Assembly: GCF_000150275.1 (NCBI RefSeq)
Contig: NW_002060976.1
Span: 129,626-193,625, forward strand
Reading direction: 5' to 3'
DNA length: 64,000 nt
From: Trichoplax adhaerens
Lineage: Eukaryota; Animalia; Placozoa
Program-made: the position numbers and the translations under genes
The notes under the pieces: model-generated
Told to the model about the DNA's origin: nothing
Database searches by the model: none
The model's input: only the letters and a program-made list of their open reading frames with translations
Shown here: one piece after another, positions 10,625-24,400 of the stretch
Layout of the letters: each line of letters begins with the position of its first letter
How positions within the stretch are numbered: the first letter of the stretch is position 1

Positions 10625-13600
10625 ATGGCTACCGATGGGGACAGTGATGAAATAACTGCTCGGAGAAGGCTTTTAAACGACGATCATGGCAACATGGGTA
10701 AGGATGGAGATGATTTGTCTTGATATCAACTCATTCAGTTGTAATTGAACGACTTTATGATAGAAAATGGCTTGACATCGACACGGTCAATACAACATAT
10801 TGATTTATGATTGTTGTTCATTGTTGACAGTTAATTAGATAGTGATGCTGAAATGATTTACAGTTTACTTTATCATGTGCATGGAGATTATTCCACTGCT
10901 GCACAAGTCTATCAATATACCAATTGCTAAGAAATGGGCTCGTAGTGAGTCCATCGTATCCAATATGTCGCTTTCCGCTTAAGACAATAGCCCGCTATGC
11001 TATACTTTGGCATCTGTTATCATATGCAATGGGACGCTGTTACCGCTACTTGACCAATGTTATTAAAAGGACATCATGTATTGTATTTTTTAGATGAGAT
11101 GGACTTCACAGTTCTTCCCCAAACTTGTAGTCCTGATTTAACGCTTTTCACACGTCTAGATAAATCGAAAGAAATTACCGTCAATGAAGTCGTCGAAGCA
11201 ATTGGTTTCGGAAAATTCCAACTCAAATGCCTTGGAATAATGGGATTTATATGGGTACGTCCGCCATCATTGGATTCATGCTGATGCTGGAATAGATAGA
11301 TACATAAATTTAAATTTAAACCATCTTTTAATTGTTATTCAAATAAAGTGAAATCCGTATAATAATCATATATCACAGTATTACTTTGAACGCATCCCAC
11401 GATTATCATTCCATCTGTTTTAAAAATTAGTTATACTGCAGTCCATCAGGATTACAATAAAAATAGAAATATCAACCATTTTGAATAATGGGATGGATTC
11501 TTCTCATGATTTGATCAACATGTTAGAATGCCATAATACTATAGGATTAATCAATACTGAACGATAACTCTACTGATATGATCAATACCATTCTGTAATC
11601 TAGTAAAGTGTAATTAAACTTTACGGATAATCCTACCTTGAATTCATAATCTCGACTACAATGAAGAATCCAATAACAACATCAATTCATTATAGCCCCA
11701 TAATTAACGTCGATGTACTATAAAATCATTCACTCCTTTTTCATTTCGTTTTACGGTAGATGATTGAATCCATGGAAATCACGATGCTGTCATTACTAGG
11801 ACCCCTCCTTGTTTGTGAATGGGGCATTTCCAGTATACAAGAAGCGCTCTTAACAAGTGTATGTATTAAACTGTAGCAAAATTGAAACATGGACTCGTTC
11901 AGATTATCATGGTGTGATAAGTTAACAATATGGTATAACGACTACCTTGTAGATTGTCTTTCTTGGCTACGCTATTGGTTCACCTTGCTTTGGTTGGGTG
12001 AGCGATCATTATGGCAGAAAAGTGGTATTTGAACTTGCATAGCTTCATCAAGGCCACGGTCTTATGACAGTTATCATCAGAATATTTACTGATCCCAATG
12101 ACTCTGATTTAATATTTTGTTATAAAAGGGTCTTACTATAGCGGTTATATGCACGTCCTATTTTGGATTAATATCAGCTGCCGCTGGTGGCCTCGTTATG
12201 ACACTACTGTTAAGATCCCTTGCTGGTATTGGTGTTGGTGGAATCGCGCAATGGTATGCTCTAGTACTGTATATATATATTAATGCTCGTTTTAATTTTT
12301 GAGAATAAAACCAATCGTCATGGTACTAAAGCAACATAGCTTATCTTGTATTCTTGACATCGTAATAGAGACAGTAGTCATCTTACAGTATTTGTGTATT
12401 AATTACTATTGCTGCATAACATCGAAAAAGGTCTCTTCTAACTAAAGTGTCTTGCGTTGCAATGTAATTAATTTCGCAGTGTTACAATGCTAACTGAGTT
12501 AGTGCCATCCAAGACTAGAGCTAAATCAATCATATCGCTGCAGGTAAGTACTTACTATATATGCTATACACAAGATTGACTGAATATTCAAATTGCTTCA
12601 ACTCTATTTCCTTAGGTATTTGTATTTATTGGCATGTCTTTTGAAGGTTTATTAGCTTATCTACTTCTTGTCCCGCTGGGTTGGCGCATGCTTCTAGTGA
12701 TTTCAACAGTCCCTTTGCTTGCTTTCTTACTACTTAGTCCGGTAAAAGCTAGTAGTTAGGGCTTGGCAGATATTGTTGTTAATGTTCATTTTGATAATGA
12801 AACAAATTGACGTAACATTTTTTATTAATAGAGGCTTGTAGAGTCTCCTCGGTTTTTACTTTTAACTGGTAAACGAAAAGAAGCTACTGATATATTAGAA
12901 AAAGGTGCAAAGGCTAATAATAAGAGCATACCAGAGGGTATCTTAGTTGCCGATCTAGAGGTACCGAACGTACTAAATTACTCGATTAATCTTATAAATA
13001 GGCAATTGTCACATTTTGATACCTGTTATAGATTAATTAACAAGTGTATAGTTACTGTCACAGTTAATACTGTATGTCTTTGAATCATTTTTAGACCGAC
13101 CGAGGACGATTTAAGGATTTATTCAGTCCTTCTTATAGAACTCTTACTTTTATGCTATGGTGGATTTGGTATAAAATAGTACATTTCTTGGTCTTCCGTT
13201 ATCTAAATGATTCTAAAGTTGCTGAATTCTATTACTAATTTCAACAGGATAGCAAGTGTTACGCTGTATTATAGCACGATCCTCATGACTCCAGCGTTAA
13301 CCAAAGTTACTAGATGCGGTAAAACAAACATTATTTAGTAGGATTCACATTTTAAATTTTATGTATGTCTGCTTCTATGCAGTATAAGGCAGCAGATGCA
13401 TGCAACGTACTGTAGGCTTAGACCTGAATTGCACAATTCGTGTGCCAGAATTTCACATATTTAACCCGCCATAAATGTTTATAACGTTACTGTATGAACC
13501 TTTTGATCACCGATCAAGTACCTATTCCTTTGCTTCATTAGGCCACGGTGATGGAAATGAAATCGTTCACTGTCGTTGTAAGCAAGTTACTAACAGTGAT

Positions 13601-14661
13601 ATAGTAGCTATTATCATAGCAAGCATTGGAGAATTATTAGGTATTTTCGGTTTGAAACCTTTAAATTTGATATTTTTGATATAAACTTTGGAAGAAATAA
13701 CCAGTCGTTACCCAAAGTGCGATTTCGTTATATTTATGCTGTTATTCGAAATGACTTAAAGGCGGCTTAGTAGCGTTTCTTCTCATTGATCGACTTGGAC
13801 GTAAAAGGACGCTTGCTTTTGGATTTATCCTTGCGATGTTGTCTTATCTTTTATTAATAATATGCGCAGACAGGTGCTTAATAAACGTTCATTTTTTTAT
13901 AGCTTTTATCAGTATCGTATAGTAACTTCTTAATATTAAAATATTTATTTGATGTACGCCATTGCTTACGTATTTTAACATTGAATGTCATTTTTTTTAA
14001 AGAAATTATAATAAAGAAAATAATATTTTACAGAACTACAAAGTATGGACTAACACTGTTTTCGCGATCATGTGGTTCTGGCTTAAGTCTTCTTTGTTAT
14101 GTTTATTCTCCTGAGGTTAGTTCATTGATAAAGTAGACATGTAGAAGGTACCGCAATGGACTGAATCAAATTTTTTATTTCAGGTTTATCCCACAAAGTT
14201 CAGAGCAGTTGGAATTGGCACCGCTAATGCTGTCGGACGAATAGGAGCAATTTTATCACCGTTTATAGCTCAGGTTGGATAAATCAATATTTATGGAAGG
14301 ATTGCTTTTAAAGCTGATGCAATTTTACCATCGATTTACGGTTAAAGCTAGCTGTAGTAGTTTTCATGCGAGGAACGACGTTAATGCTGCACTTGAATTT
14401 GTTTACTAAACGTCAAATTGTTGGGATTTTAAACGTCTAGGTACTATTTTCGGCATCTGATATTTTAGCTCTTGCAGTAGCTGCTGGTTTTGCATTGGTT
14501 GGTGCAATATGTAGCCTATTCCTGCCTTTAGAAACAAAAGGCCGTTTACTTCAGGTCAGCAATAACGTAAATTTTAATCTCTCAGAAATGAATATTATTT
14601 TCCAAATCGAATGAAATATTCTGACTAACAACATAACATCACATGATAGGATACGAATTAG
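10625..14661 (+). CDS. SVOP: SV2-related MFS transporter (SVOP/SVOPL-like), about 14 exons
   Basis: ITVNEVVEAIGFGKFQLKCLGIMGFIW|MIESMEITMLSLLGPLLVCEWGISSIQEALLTS|IVFLGYAIGSPCFGWVSDHYGRK, then ESPRFL, IDRLGRK, YSPE|VYPTKFRAVGIG...GRIGAILSPFIAQ and LPLETKGRLLQ|DTN*. GT-AG introns. Confidence 0.88.
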
Positions 14662-15525
14662 TTTTTTGACAAAGGTCTTTGATCTTGGCTCATCACCAGT
14701 GGTGTCAAGAATGCCAGCTATATTTTATGATTCTCTGAACTGCCAATCAATCTACTTATTTATTAAAATGTTATATTACAAATTGTATAAATTTCTACTA
14801 TTACAACGGTTTTTAATACTCAATCAGAAACTGACCTTCGATAACGACTTCTGTTGTAATTTACTTTTAGCTGCAGACTGATTTATCAATTAAAATATTG
14901 GTAATTTTATTGTTTGTCAACGTTTTATAATATATTTTCTGTTATGTCATATTACAATAATATCTTGTATGGTGGTGTGACGTTTGCTCAAGTACAATTT
15001 AGATTAGACTATGACCAACAGTACTATCTATGAAGTCAATAAAGTTTATTTATTTTGAATATTCTTCATATCATGCATATGTTTTGAACTGTGTAGTTTC
15101 TATCGATCCTTCCTGCTTATGGTATCGGAAATGGCTTCGCTGATTGCTATTGCCTCTTCTGGCTATCATACTATTTCAGTGTAGAATACGAACGAAGATA
15201 TTATCCGTTAGCAATGATTATAATTATTAACGTTGTCCTTTATTTAAGTCTATATTAGTAATTACTACGCAGCACTATTAAGCTATTCTAACGTTGGGGT
15301 AACAGTATAACAGTAATATCGATATAAAATATATTTAAATTTTAGATAGTTGTCTTTATTCAAAAATACACACAATTATTTAGATTGATGCTGAGGCAAT
15401 CCTTCAACTATAATTATAACATGTAATACAGTATAACTTAAAAACGAACAATACTTGCTACCACCAATGAAGTTTAGTGCGAAATTTATTTATTTTGATG
15501 ATAACCAATGTTTTCGTAATTATGA

Positions 15526-18500
15526 TTAGCAATCATCAAGATAATTGCGACAATAAGATTTTGATATATTTCTAACGTATAGAAATAGTCTATTTATTTG
15601 GATGATTTGGGTTAACAACAAGTAAGTATGATTAATTTCCACAGAAGTAGCCTCATTTTGCTTGCTATGATTATGATTAAGAATTCTTAAATTGTCATTT
15701 GACTTGCTAATACGGAGATAATTTTGAGTAAGAATTCTTAATTTTATTTTAATTGCCTTCAATTGCATAAAAATAGCCAGCTTATATTTACACTGATAAG
15801 CATAGGCATTCCCTAGTTTGTTATGTAATGCAGCGACTTGTGGATAATCGTGACCAAAAATTGATAATTGAATTCTGAGTGACTGGTTGTACATATAGAT
15901 AGCCGCTTCGCTTTTACCCTGATCATAAAATACATTTCCCAGATTGTTATATAATGCAGCAACATCGGTATGATTGTGACTAAGCGCTGGCAATCGAATT
16001 TTGAGTGACTTCTCGTACATTGAAATAGCTTCTTCATGCTTGCTTTGATTCGCATAAACTAGACCAATGCTGTTATAAGACTTTGCGATGTCGAGATGAT
16101 TGTGATCGAGGACAGACAATCTAATTTTGAGTGATTTCTTAAACATAAAAACAGCTTCTTCATACTTGCCTTGATAATAATATACAGCACCCATTCTGTC
16201 ATATGATATAGCTACTTCGAGAGAGTTGTGGTTAGTGAAAGATAATTGAATTTTATGTGATTTTTCGTACATAGATATACCCTGCTCATGCTTTCCCGCC
16301 AAAGTATACACAACTCCCAGATTATTATACGAACTTGCAACATAGGGATGATTGTGATCAAGGACTGATAATCGAATTTTGAGTGATTTATCAAACATAG
16401 AAATTGCCTGTTCAAACTTTCCTCGATAAGCATATACAGTGCCCAGGTTGCAATATGAATGAGCGATATCAGGATGATCGTGATCAAGGAGTAATAATCG
16501 AATTTTGAGCGATTTCTCATGCATGGAAATAGCCTCATCTGACTTTCCCAGCATAAGATAATAATTTCCCAGATTGCTGTACGAATGGGCAACATCGGGA
16601 TGATCATGACTAAGGACCAATAGTCGAATTTTGAGAGACTCTTTATGCATAAAAATAGCTTCTTCAAGCTTGTGTTGACGTCCATATAAATCTCCTAAAA
16701 TGCTGTATGATCTGGCTACATCAGGATGATGGTAGCCAAGGGCTACCAATTGAATTTTAAGCGACTTATCGCTGATAGAAATAGCTTCTTCATATTTTCC
16801 CTGATTGTTATAGACAGAACAAATGTTGCTATATGATTTAGCAACATCGGGATGATAGCGACCAAGGGCTGATAGTCGAATTTTAAGTGATTTCTCAAAT
16901 ATAGACAAAGCCTCTTCATACTTGCATAAACAACTATATGCAGCTCCCATGTTGTTATACACTATAGCGATATCTGGATGACTGGGACCAAGAACTAATG
17001 ATTGAATTTCCAGTGATTTCTGAAACATGGCAATAGCCCTGGTATACTGGCCTTGTAGATGATGAGCAGTTCCGATATTGCCGTATGAATGAGCAACATA
17101 AAGATGATTTACACTAAAATTTGACAAATTGATTTTAAGCGACTTCTTAAACATAGAAATAGCCTCTTCATACTTGCCCTGGTCACAACACGCACCTCCT
17201 ATGTTGTTGTATAATTTGGCAAGATCGGGATGATTGTGATCAAGGACTGTCAATAAAATTTTGAGTGATTTCTTATACATGGAAATAGCTTCATCATGCT
17301 TGCCCTGATTACTGTATACCGCTCCCATGTTGTTATATGGTTCAGCAACAGCAAGGTAATTGTTACCACCAATTGACAATCGAATTTTGAGTGACTTTCT
17401 ATACATAGTAATAGCTTCTTGATACTTTCCTACATGCACGTAAGCATGAGCAATACTGCTATATGTATTGGCCATAGTGGGATGATTGTGATCAAGGACC
17501 GACATTTGCATTTTGAGCGATTTCTCAAAGACAGAAATAGCTTCTTCGTACTTGCCTTGATCATTATACACATTTCCTAGATTAATATATATTGTGGCAA
17601 TATCAGGATGATCATGGCCATGAGCTAATAACTGAATACTTAGTGACTTCTCGTACATAGAAATAGCCTCTTGATGTTTGTGCTGATAATAATACGTGAT
17701 GCCTATGTTCATATATGTATCAGCAAGATCAAGATGATTATGACCAAAGACTGCTACTTTAATTTTAAGTGACTTCTGAAACATACGAATAGCCTCTTCG
17801 TGCTTGCCTTGACCACTATAGGCGAGACCAATGTTGTTATATGAACTAGCAACATCAGGATGATTGTGACCGAGGACTGACAATTGAATTTCAAGCGATT
17901 TCTTAAACATAGTAACAGCCTCTTCACGTTTACCTTGACGATAATACGCTTTTCCTAAATTGTTATATAAAATAGCAATATCCGAATGATGATGGCCAAG
18001 AACTGATAGTTGATTTTCGAGTGTCTTCTTATACGTAGAAATAGCTTCTTCATAATTTCCCTGATCAATATAACTAAGACCAATATTATTGTACGATTGG
18101 GCAACATCTGGATGTTTATGATCAAGGATTGATAATCTAATTTTGAGTGACTTTTCTTGCATAGAGATAGATTCATCATCCCTGCCCTGATATCTATGGA
18201 TAAGACTCATGTTGTTATATGATGTGGCTATGTCAGGATGATTGCATTGCAGGACAGAATTTCGAATTTTGAGGGAGTTCTCAAGCATAGAAGTAGCTTC
18301 CATTTGCTTCCCCTGCATAAAGTATAAAACTCCCAGGTTGTTATATGCCGAGGCTATGGATGGATGATTGTGATCAAAGATTGATAGTTTAATTTGCAGT
18401 GACTTCTCAATCATGGAAATAGCTTCTTCATTCTTGGCTTGATTACGGTACACCACTGCTATATTATTATATAATTTTGCAACTAGGCTATGCTTTTCAC

Positions 18501-20160
18501 CAAATATTAGCAATCGAATCTTGAGAGATTTCTTAAACATATCTATAGACTCTTCTAGTTTACCTTGATCAAGGTACAAAGCTCCCATACTACAATATGA
18601 TATTGAAACATCGGGATGATTACAGCCATAGATCGACAACTGAATTTTGAGTGATTTCTCATACATAGAAAGAGCCACTTCATAATTGCCCTGATTTTGA
18701 TAAACTATTCCGATGTTGTTGTATAATTTGGCAATTTGGGGATGATTATGCTGAAAGATTGACATTAAAATTTTGAGCGACTTTTCATACATAGAAATAG
18801 CATCTTCATTCTTCATCATTTGATTATACGCATTTCCTATATTGCAATATGACTTCGCAACTTCGGAGTGCATGTCACCAAGGACAGATAATTGAATTTC
18901 CAGTGACTTGTTAAACATAGAAATAGCCTCTTCATTTTTTTCTTGATCGACGAACACATTGCCCAGAGAGCTATAAGTTTTGGCTGTATCGGGATGTTTG
19001 TGACCAAGAGTCGATAATTGAATTTTGAGCGACTTCTCATACATAGAAATCGCCTCTTCATATTTATTCTGATCAGAAAAGATATTTCCAAGATGAAAAT
19101 ATGTTTTGGCAATATCGGGGTGATTATTCTCAAGAGCTGAGCATTGAATTTCGAGTGAATTTTCGTGCATGGCCATAGCTTCTTCGTGCTTGTACTGATG
19201 GGAAAATACATTTCCCATGTTATTATATAATTCGGCAACATAGAGATGATTGCGGCCAAGAATTGACACCTGAATTTTGAGTGACTTATGATACATGGAA
19301 ATTGCTTCCTTGTACTTAGCCTGTTCGTCAAGAACATTTCCTAGATAGTTATATGTTTTAGCAGTATCAGGATGATTGTGATTCAAAACTGATAGCTGAA
19401 TCTTGAGCGATTTTTCATGCATAGTATAAGCTTCTTCGTATTTAGCCTGATGGTAATACGTATTTCCCATACTGTTATAGGATTGGGCAATCTCGAGATG
19501 ATTTCCTCCAAGCACTGACAATTGAATTTTAATTGACTTTTCATACATTGAAACAGCCTCTTCATACTTGCATTGATCATCAAAAACATTTCCTAAATAG
19601 TTATAGCTTTTTGCAACTTCGGAATAATTGTAATTTAGCACTGAAATTTGAGTTTTAAGCGATTTTTCATAGAAAGAGTCAGCCAGTTTATATTTACCAA
19701 GACAATAATCTACAACTTCCACCTCTTCGTACGAATTACTACCATATGAATTATCATTGCCCAAGTACCTTAACTTTTTGTCTAGTGATTTTATAAAATC
19801 ATCTAATGCCCCTTTCCAATCTCTTTGCATTCGCTTAAATGTACCGTATCGGTCTAAACATCGAGCAATCACTATTTCGTTTTCCAGTTTTTGAGCTATA
19901 TCTTGCGCTTGTTCAATCAATGGTTCAGCTTTCATCCATTCATTTTGCTGTAGATAGATGTCACTAGCACGTAAGCAAACGTCGATTTGAAATCGATGGA
20001 AATCGATGCTGCTTGTGGCCAAAGTTTGAACTTTATCCAAGACTAGCATATAGCAAGAAATCGCCTCATTAAGTTTGCCAAACTCATCATTTTCTTCGCC
20101 CGCCTTATAAAGTGAATTAATTTCTTCAGGGATACCAGCCATAGCAGATCGATTAGCCAT
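15526..20160 (-). CDS. Single-exon tetratricopeptide-repeat protein (1544 aa, about 30 repeats of 42 aa; kinesin-light-chain/nephrocystin-3-like TPRs)
   Basis: Long ORF of repeats with consensus HPDxAxSYNNxGxVYxxQGKYEEAISMYEKSLKIxLSxLGxN. No catalytic or NB-ARC domain is visible. Confidence 0.92.
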   Translation of the reverse strand: MANRSAMAGIPEEINSLYKAGEENDEFGKLNEAISCYMLVLDKVQTLATSSIDFHRFQIDVCLRASDIYLQQNEWMKAEPLIEQAQDIAQKLENEIVIARCLDRYGTFKRMQRDWKGALDDFIKSLDKKLRYLGNDNSYGSNSYEEVEVVDYCLGKYKLADSFYEKSLKTQISVLNYNYSEVAKSYNYLGNVFDDQCKYEEAVSMYEKSIKIQLSVLGGNHLEIAQSYNSMGNTYYHQAKYEEAYTMHEKSLKIQLSVLNHNHPDTAKTYNYLGNVLDEQAKYKEAISMYHKSLKIQVSILGRNHLYVAELYNNMGNVFSHQYKHEEAMAMHENSLEIQCSALENNHPDIAKTYFHLGNIFSDQNKYEEAISMYEKSLKIQLSTLGHKHPDTAKTYSSLGNVFVDQEKNEEAISMFNKSLEIQLSVLGDMHSEVAKSYCNIGNAYNQMMKNEDAISMYEKSLKILMSIFQHNHPQIAKLYNNIGIVYQNQGNYEVALSMYEKSLKIQLSIYGCNHPDVSISYCSMGALYLDQGKLEESIDMFKKSLKIRLLIFGEKHSLVAKLYNNIAVVYRNQAKNEEAISMIEKSLQIKLSIFDHNHPSIASAYNNLGVLYFMQGKQMEATSMLENSLKIRNSVLQCNHPDIATSYNNMSLIHRYQGRDDESISMQEKSLKIRLSILDHKHPDVAQSYNNIGLSYIDQGNYEEAISTYKKTLENQLSVLGHHHSDIAILYNNLGKAYYRQGKREEAVTMFKKSLEIQLSVLGHNHPDVASSYNNIGLAYSGQGKHEEAIRMFQKSLKIKVAVFGHNHLDLADTYMNIGITYYYQHKHQEAISMYEKSLSIQLLAHGHDHPDIATIYINLGNVYNDQGKYEEAISVFEKSLKMQMSVLDHNHPTMANTYSSIAHAYVHVGKYQEAITMYRKSLKIRLSIGGNNYLAVAEPYNNMGAVYSNQGKHDEAISMYKKSLKILLTVLDHNHPDLAKLYNNIGGACCDQGKYEEAISMFKKSLKINLSNFSVNHLYVAHSYGNIGTAHHLQGQYTRAIAMFQKSLEIQSLVLGPSHPDIAIVYNNMGAAYSCLCKYEEALSIFEKSLKIRLSALGRYHPDVAKSYSNICSVYNNQGKYEEAISISDKSLKIQLVALGYHHPDVARSYSILGDLYGRQHKLEEAIFMHKESLKIRLLVLSHDHPDVAHSYSNLGNYYLMLGKSDEAISMHEKSLKIRLLLLDHDHPDIAHSYCNLGTVYAYRGKFEQAISMFDKSLKIRLSVLDHNHPYVASSYNNLGVVYTLAGKHEQGISMYEKSHKIQLSFTNHNSLEVAISYDRMGAVYYYQGKYEEAVFMFKKSLKIRLSVLDHNHLDIAKSYNSIGLVYANQSKHEEAISMYEKSLKIRLPALSHNHTDVAALYNNLGNVFYDQGKSEAAIYMYNQSLRIQLSIFGHDYPQVAALHNKLGNAYAYQCKYKLAIFMQLKAIKIKLRILTQNYLRISKSNDNLRILNHNHSKQNEATSVEINHTYLLLTQIIQINRLFLYVRNISKSYCRNYLDDC

Positions 20161-21979
20161 ACTTTAGAAATCTTATAAAAATAGATTAGTTCAATATCAG
20201 ACAATTCACACATGTAACTTCGAAAAGTGTATATGAAAATTGTTATAAATCCCTCATAATTCTATTAGTAGTGATTGGTGTTACAATATACACAATTTAA
20301 ATGTTTTGGATGATGTAAGAGAATACTAGTGGCCAGGCATTGATCTAAACGCCAAAGGGTTACAGTAAGAAGTGAATAAGCAAGTACATACTTGACGTAT
20401 AAGGTCTATATCTCGTATAATGACATTGATATGTCTTAGATCCTAGCAAACTTATCTTAATAAATTAGAGTTAAAGTGTAACTGTAACGTACTGATAAGG
20501 TGCGTAATAGTTTACATTTAAATTTAAACAAGTTTCAAATTGCTGTGATGCGTGTAGGAATTGTAAGCTAGTCTAAGAGATGTGAGTTTCTTTCAAAATG
20601 TCTAAATATTATTTGTATTTTCGTATTAATTTACGAGATTAAAGATACAGCTGAATTCAAAAAAAAATTTAGCAAATTACTTTAGATCTTTGAAGGCTTT
20701 TTATAGTATGAGAATATAATTTACTAGACATCAAATTATCATGCAGGTTTAACATTTGAAAGCGTTCCTTGTTGGAGCAATAATAAATTGAAGAGATTTT
20801 GTAACGTGAGTCTGAAATTATTTATTTCCTCCTTAGTTTTATGAGAATTACTTCTGAATGCTACTAATTTGGATAGGGAAATACTTGAATAAAAAACAAC
20901 AAAAATATAAAAAATATAAATATCTATACGGATACAGCCTCAATTCAAAAAGCTTTACCACTAAGAATACAAGATTTTTTTCATATCTGTATAGCTTCTA
21001 ATTCAACGTAAAATTTAACCCGTCAGTATCAATTTGACATATGCATATATATATTCAAGATTGACGTGACTTACGATCTAAGATATAAATCAGATAGACA
21101 AATGAGGTAGATTTCTCTGCTTTTAGATCTACGAAAATGTTGTTCTTAACGTAATCTGTAAAACTTGTTATCCAATGATATTTCAAGTTTGTAATAATTA
21201 ACTGGTAAGCTCTGCAACACTATACAATATAGTACTAGCTACAACGCTCGTTTTACGAACAAATAATTCAATGCTTAAATTATGTAGCTCAATTTTACAG
21301 TGATCAATGCTTAATATATTGCAATGTATATTTTATTTAATAGAGTTAATAGAGTTTTAGAAGAGTATTAGGATGAGTAAGAACGGGAGTAGTAGTCGGG
21401 TTTACTAATGTACACAGTAGATGGTGCACAATGTACTGAATATATGAACATATCATAATAGACCACAAGTTGTAACTTATATGGAAGGTAGTAGCATGGA
21501 CTACAAAGTTTCTAGAAGTTAAGTAGTCCATGATAGTAAGTTCTTAATCAGCACTGTAGGGACACTGTACTACACTAATGATAGTGCTAAAAATGGCATT
21601 GAATTCTAGTGGCTGCGCATGGAAGTATGATTGTGACTGAAATAGACAGTTAGGCCCGCAGCGGGTGATTTTATTTTCTAAATGATTTTCCTTATTAAAT
21701 TATAGAACTTTATTTTTAATTCTGTGTCCGGTAGAAATAAACTATTTAGCACTATATCAATAAGCAAATGTACTTAATATCAAGCCGCATGCTTTGAAAA
21801 TGATCCAATTTTAATATCATTGCATCATATCCTACCTTTAGGACAAGTTTTTAATTAAGCGGAAATTTTTCCACTTTCTGACCCTATTTTAGAGGGCTTG
21901 AACACGAAGAACAGCAATAATTCAAAACGTCTATTCCTGATTTATTAATTAGCTAGTCCGGAATTCTCGAGTGTTAACA

Positions 21980-24400
21980 GATAGATATATTAATATCTCA
22001 AATTAGCTGTTTTACAGCGTTTGCTTGTCAAATTCTCTTTTCTCATATTTTCTAAAAATTTTAACTACCACAAAATCGGGGCTATGGTTGAAAAATTTAA
22101 TTCAGTTATCTACGTTACGCTTTTAGTATCTGCAATTAGGCTGATGAGGGTATGAGTGAATTTTATCAGCTACTCTAGCTTATTATACAGCTCTAAAACA
22201 CTCAATATAGAATTTTTAATTATTTCGTTACCTTTATTCGATATATAAATCTTCAAATCTTAACCGCCTAACGTCAGGACTTCCAGCACTTCACAACTTA
22301 GTTCTTCGCTATGATAAGATCAACTAATTCAGCTTTAGCATTTTAAAATTTCGATATTACTACATCGCAGTTCTATATTATATGCTAAATCGAGAGTAGC
22401 AATCATTACGTTGCTGTTGTTATAGAAACTGCCTTCGCACAGCTTCTACAATTACCGTGAATGTCCGTTCAACATACCTTCCGTATATTATATACTAATG
22501 TTGTATTAGCAAGATCGTTTAGCGATTGAGCGACGATCTGTTGAGCTAGACTAATTTATATCATTTAAATAAGACTAATGTATGCTATTTATATATTGGA
22601 CAACCAGGATTTATAGATATAAAGTATACGCTTTTATAAAGTACTGTGGTACTGTCAATGAGTAATAATTAATATCAGAATCACAACAATCTACGGTATA
22701 AGTATTTTAAACTGATCAAAACATAAAAGTTTTCGCTTATTTCTATGTTGATAAATTTTACGCGTAGTACGCGTAAATATTTAGATTCTGTCTTCGAGGC
22801 GAATCTTTCACTACCGTAAAACGAACTGCTATCATTTACCATACGCTATTTTGTGAATTAAAGTCCTGTATTATATTGGAAGTTTCTCACTAAAATTCTA
22901 TTTAAATTTAATTCTCACAAGATAACTGTCTCCGGAAGATGAATTTTAAATATTGCCATTATTAATGCGGAGTTTAAGAGTATTAGAGCAATAATTAATT
23001 AGAACAAAAATCGAATCAAAAGCTTCCTGAGGTCGAAAGAAGTTAAAGTTCCCTGCATGTTTATCTATGCAGTTCTAAAACATATTTCATTTAATCTTTT
23101 ACCATCTATCAGACTTGGGTCACAGAATAGAATACATGTCCTCAATGTAATCAAGATACTTTACCATACGAACCAATCTGCTTTATTCAAGAATAATACT
23201 AGATGAAATTTGGACGGTTGGATTATTTCCATGCAGTAAGAATTTTCTAATATTTCAATCCTTCTTTTATCCGATATAGAACAGGATTCAAAGTTTAAGC
23301 TCTTTAATAATTAGAATTAAATAAAAATTTTTCACAACGGAGGCTGTCATCGAAAGAAGCAGCGCATAAGTAGATAAGGGTAAGGAAAAGTGGAACTCTG
23401 AAGGGTTATGGACCGACATCAAATTGTAATTAATGCCCAATCTTACGGTTTTATTCTTAACCGTAGATTACTATTTTATGTTTATCAACATAGGCAATAA
23501 CAAAGGTAACGTAACCTTCGTCTTGAAATTTTGCATGATTGCTATTGCAATCTTCATCTTGATCCTGGCTCAATAAATAAAGTTCAATGAAGTTCTTATG
23601 AATACAGTACGCTGGCATCGAACATTCTTTTAAAGCCCTTCTGTCGAATATTACTCTGATAGTTTTAAACCATTTTAGAAATAAATATACTTCGATGGCT
23701 ATAGGCTAACATCAAAAATGAACTATCAGGATGATCAAGGCTATTTGACGTTTCGCTGAGTAAACAAGTGCTATTTCGTTGCGCATGCTAGTAAATTCAA
23801 GGTTATTTATTCACCATTGGTGCCACTATATCGCTGCTGCAAGAATAATAATATCGCTCAGTCAATTACTACTAACATAAATAGCGTTCGACTTCATCAA
23901 TGGACTGGACATCATTAATAATAGCCGAAATCAAGATCAACAGACTTAGTCGTTATCCATTTCTAATGCAGAAATATTGCTTTAGCTACTTTATACACTT
24001 GATTTAGAATATAAATTCACGATTAAACCTCTGTACTAGTCAACATCGTAATAAAATCGGAAAAAGTATAATTCGAACGATTCCAGTATTTATAAGGTAC
24101 ATAATGTCCAGCCACCTTAAGTTCATTCTTTATTACTTCATTTTTTTCCCTAACAATTCGAACCTGAGTATTTAATAGCTCTAGCCCATGTCTATATGGC
24201 ACTCTGACATTTTAATTCTACTGGCAGATTTGCGAACCTATCTGACTCGGTTAATACTATAGGTATTGATTAAAATGAACCATTGCTATTGCTACAATTT
24301 AACTGTGAATAATAACAATGGTGCATTTCCTTGCAAGGTTGTTCATATCATTATATGATTACTAATGATAGTTAAGTTCCTTTGAACGGGTATATATTCT
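21980..24400 (+). pseudogene. Heavily decayed LRR-containing GPCR (LGR/RXFP-like) relic; boundaries approximate
   Basis: LRR-like fragment SGLPALHNLVLRYDKI (~22275), hinge/TM1-like SSYEYSTLASNILLKPFCRILL*...ILRW (~23590-23700) and TM2-like QGYLFTIG (~23800). Many stops and frameshifts. Confidence 0.35.

Noticed and set aside
15813-19589. Several 68-166 aa same-strand alternative-frame ORFs inside the TPR gene
   Set aside because: They are shadows of the repetitive TPR codon pattern.
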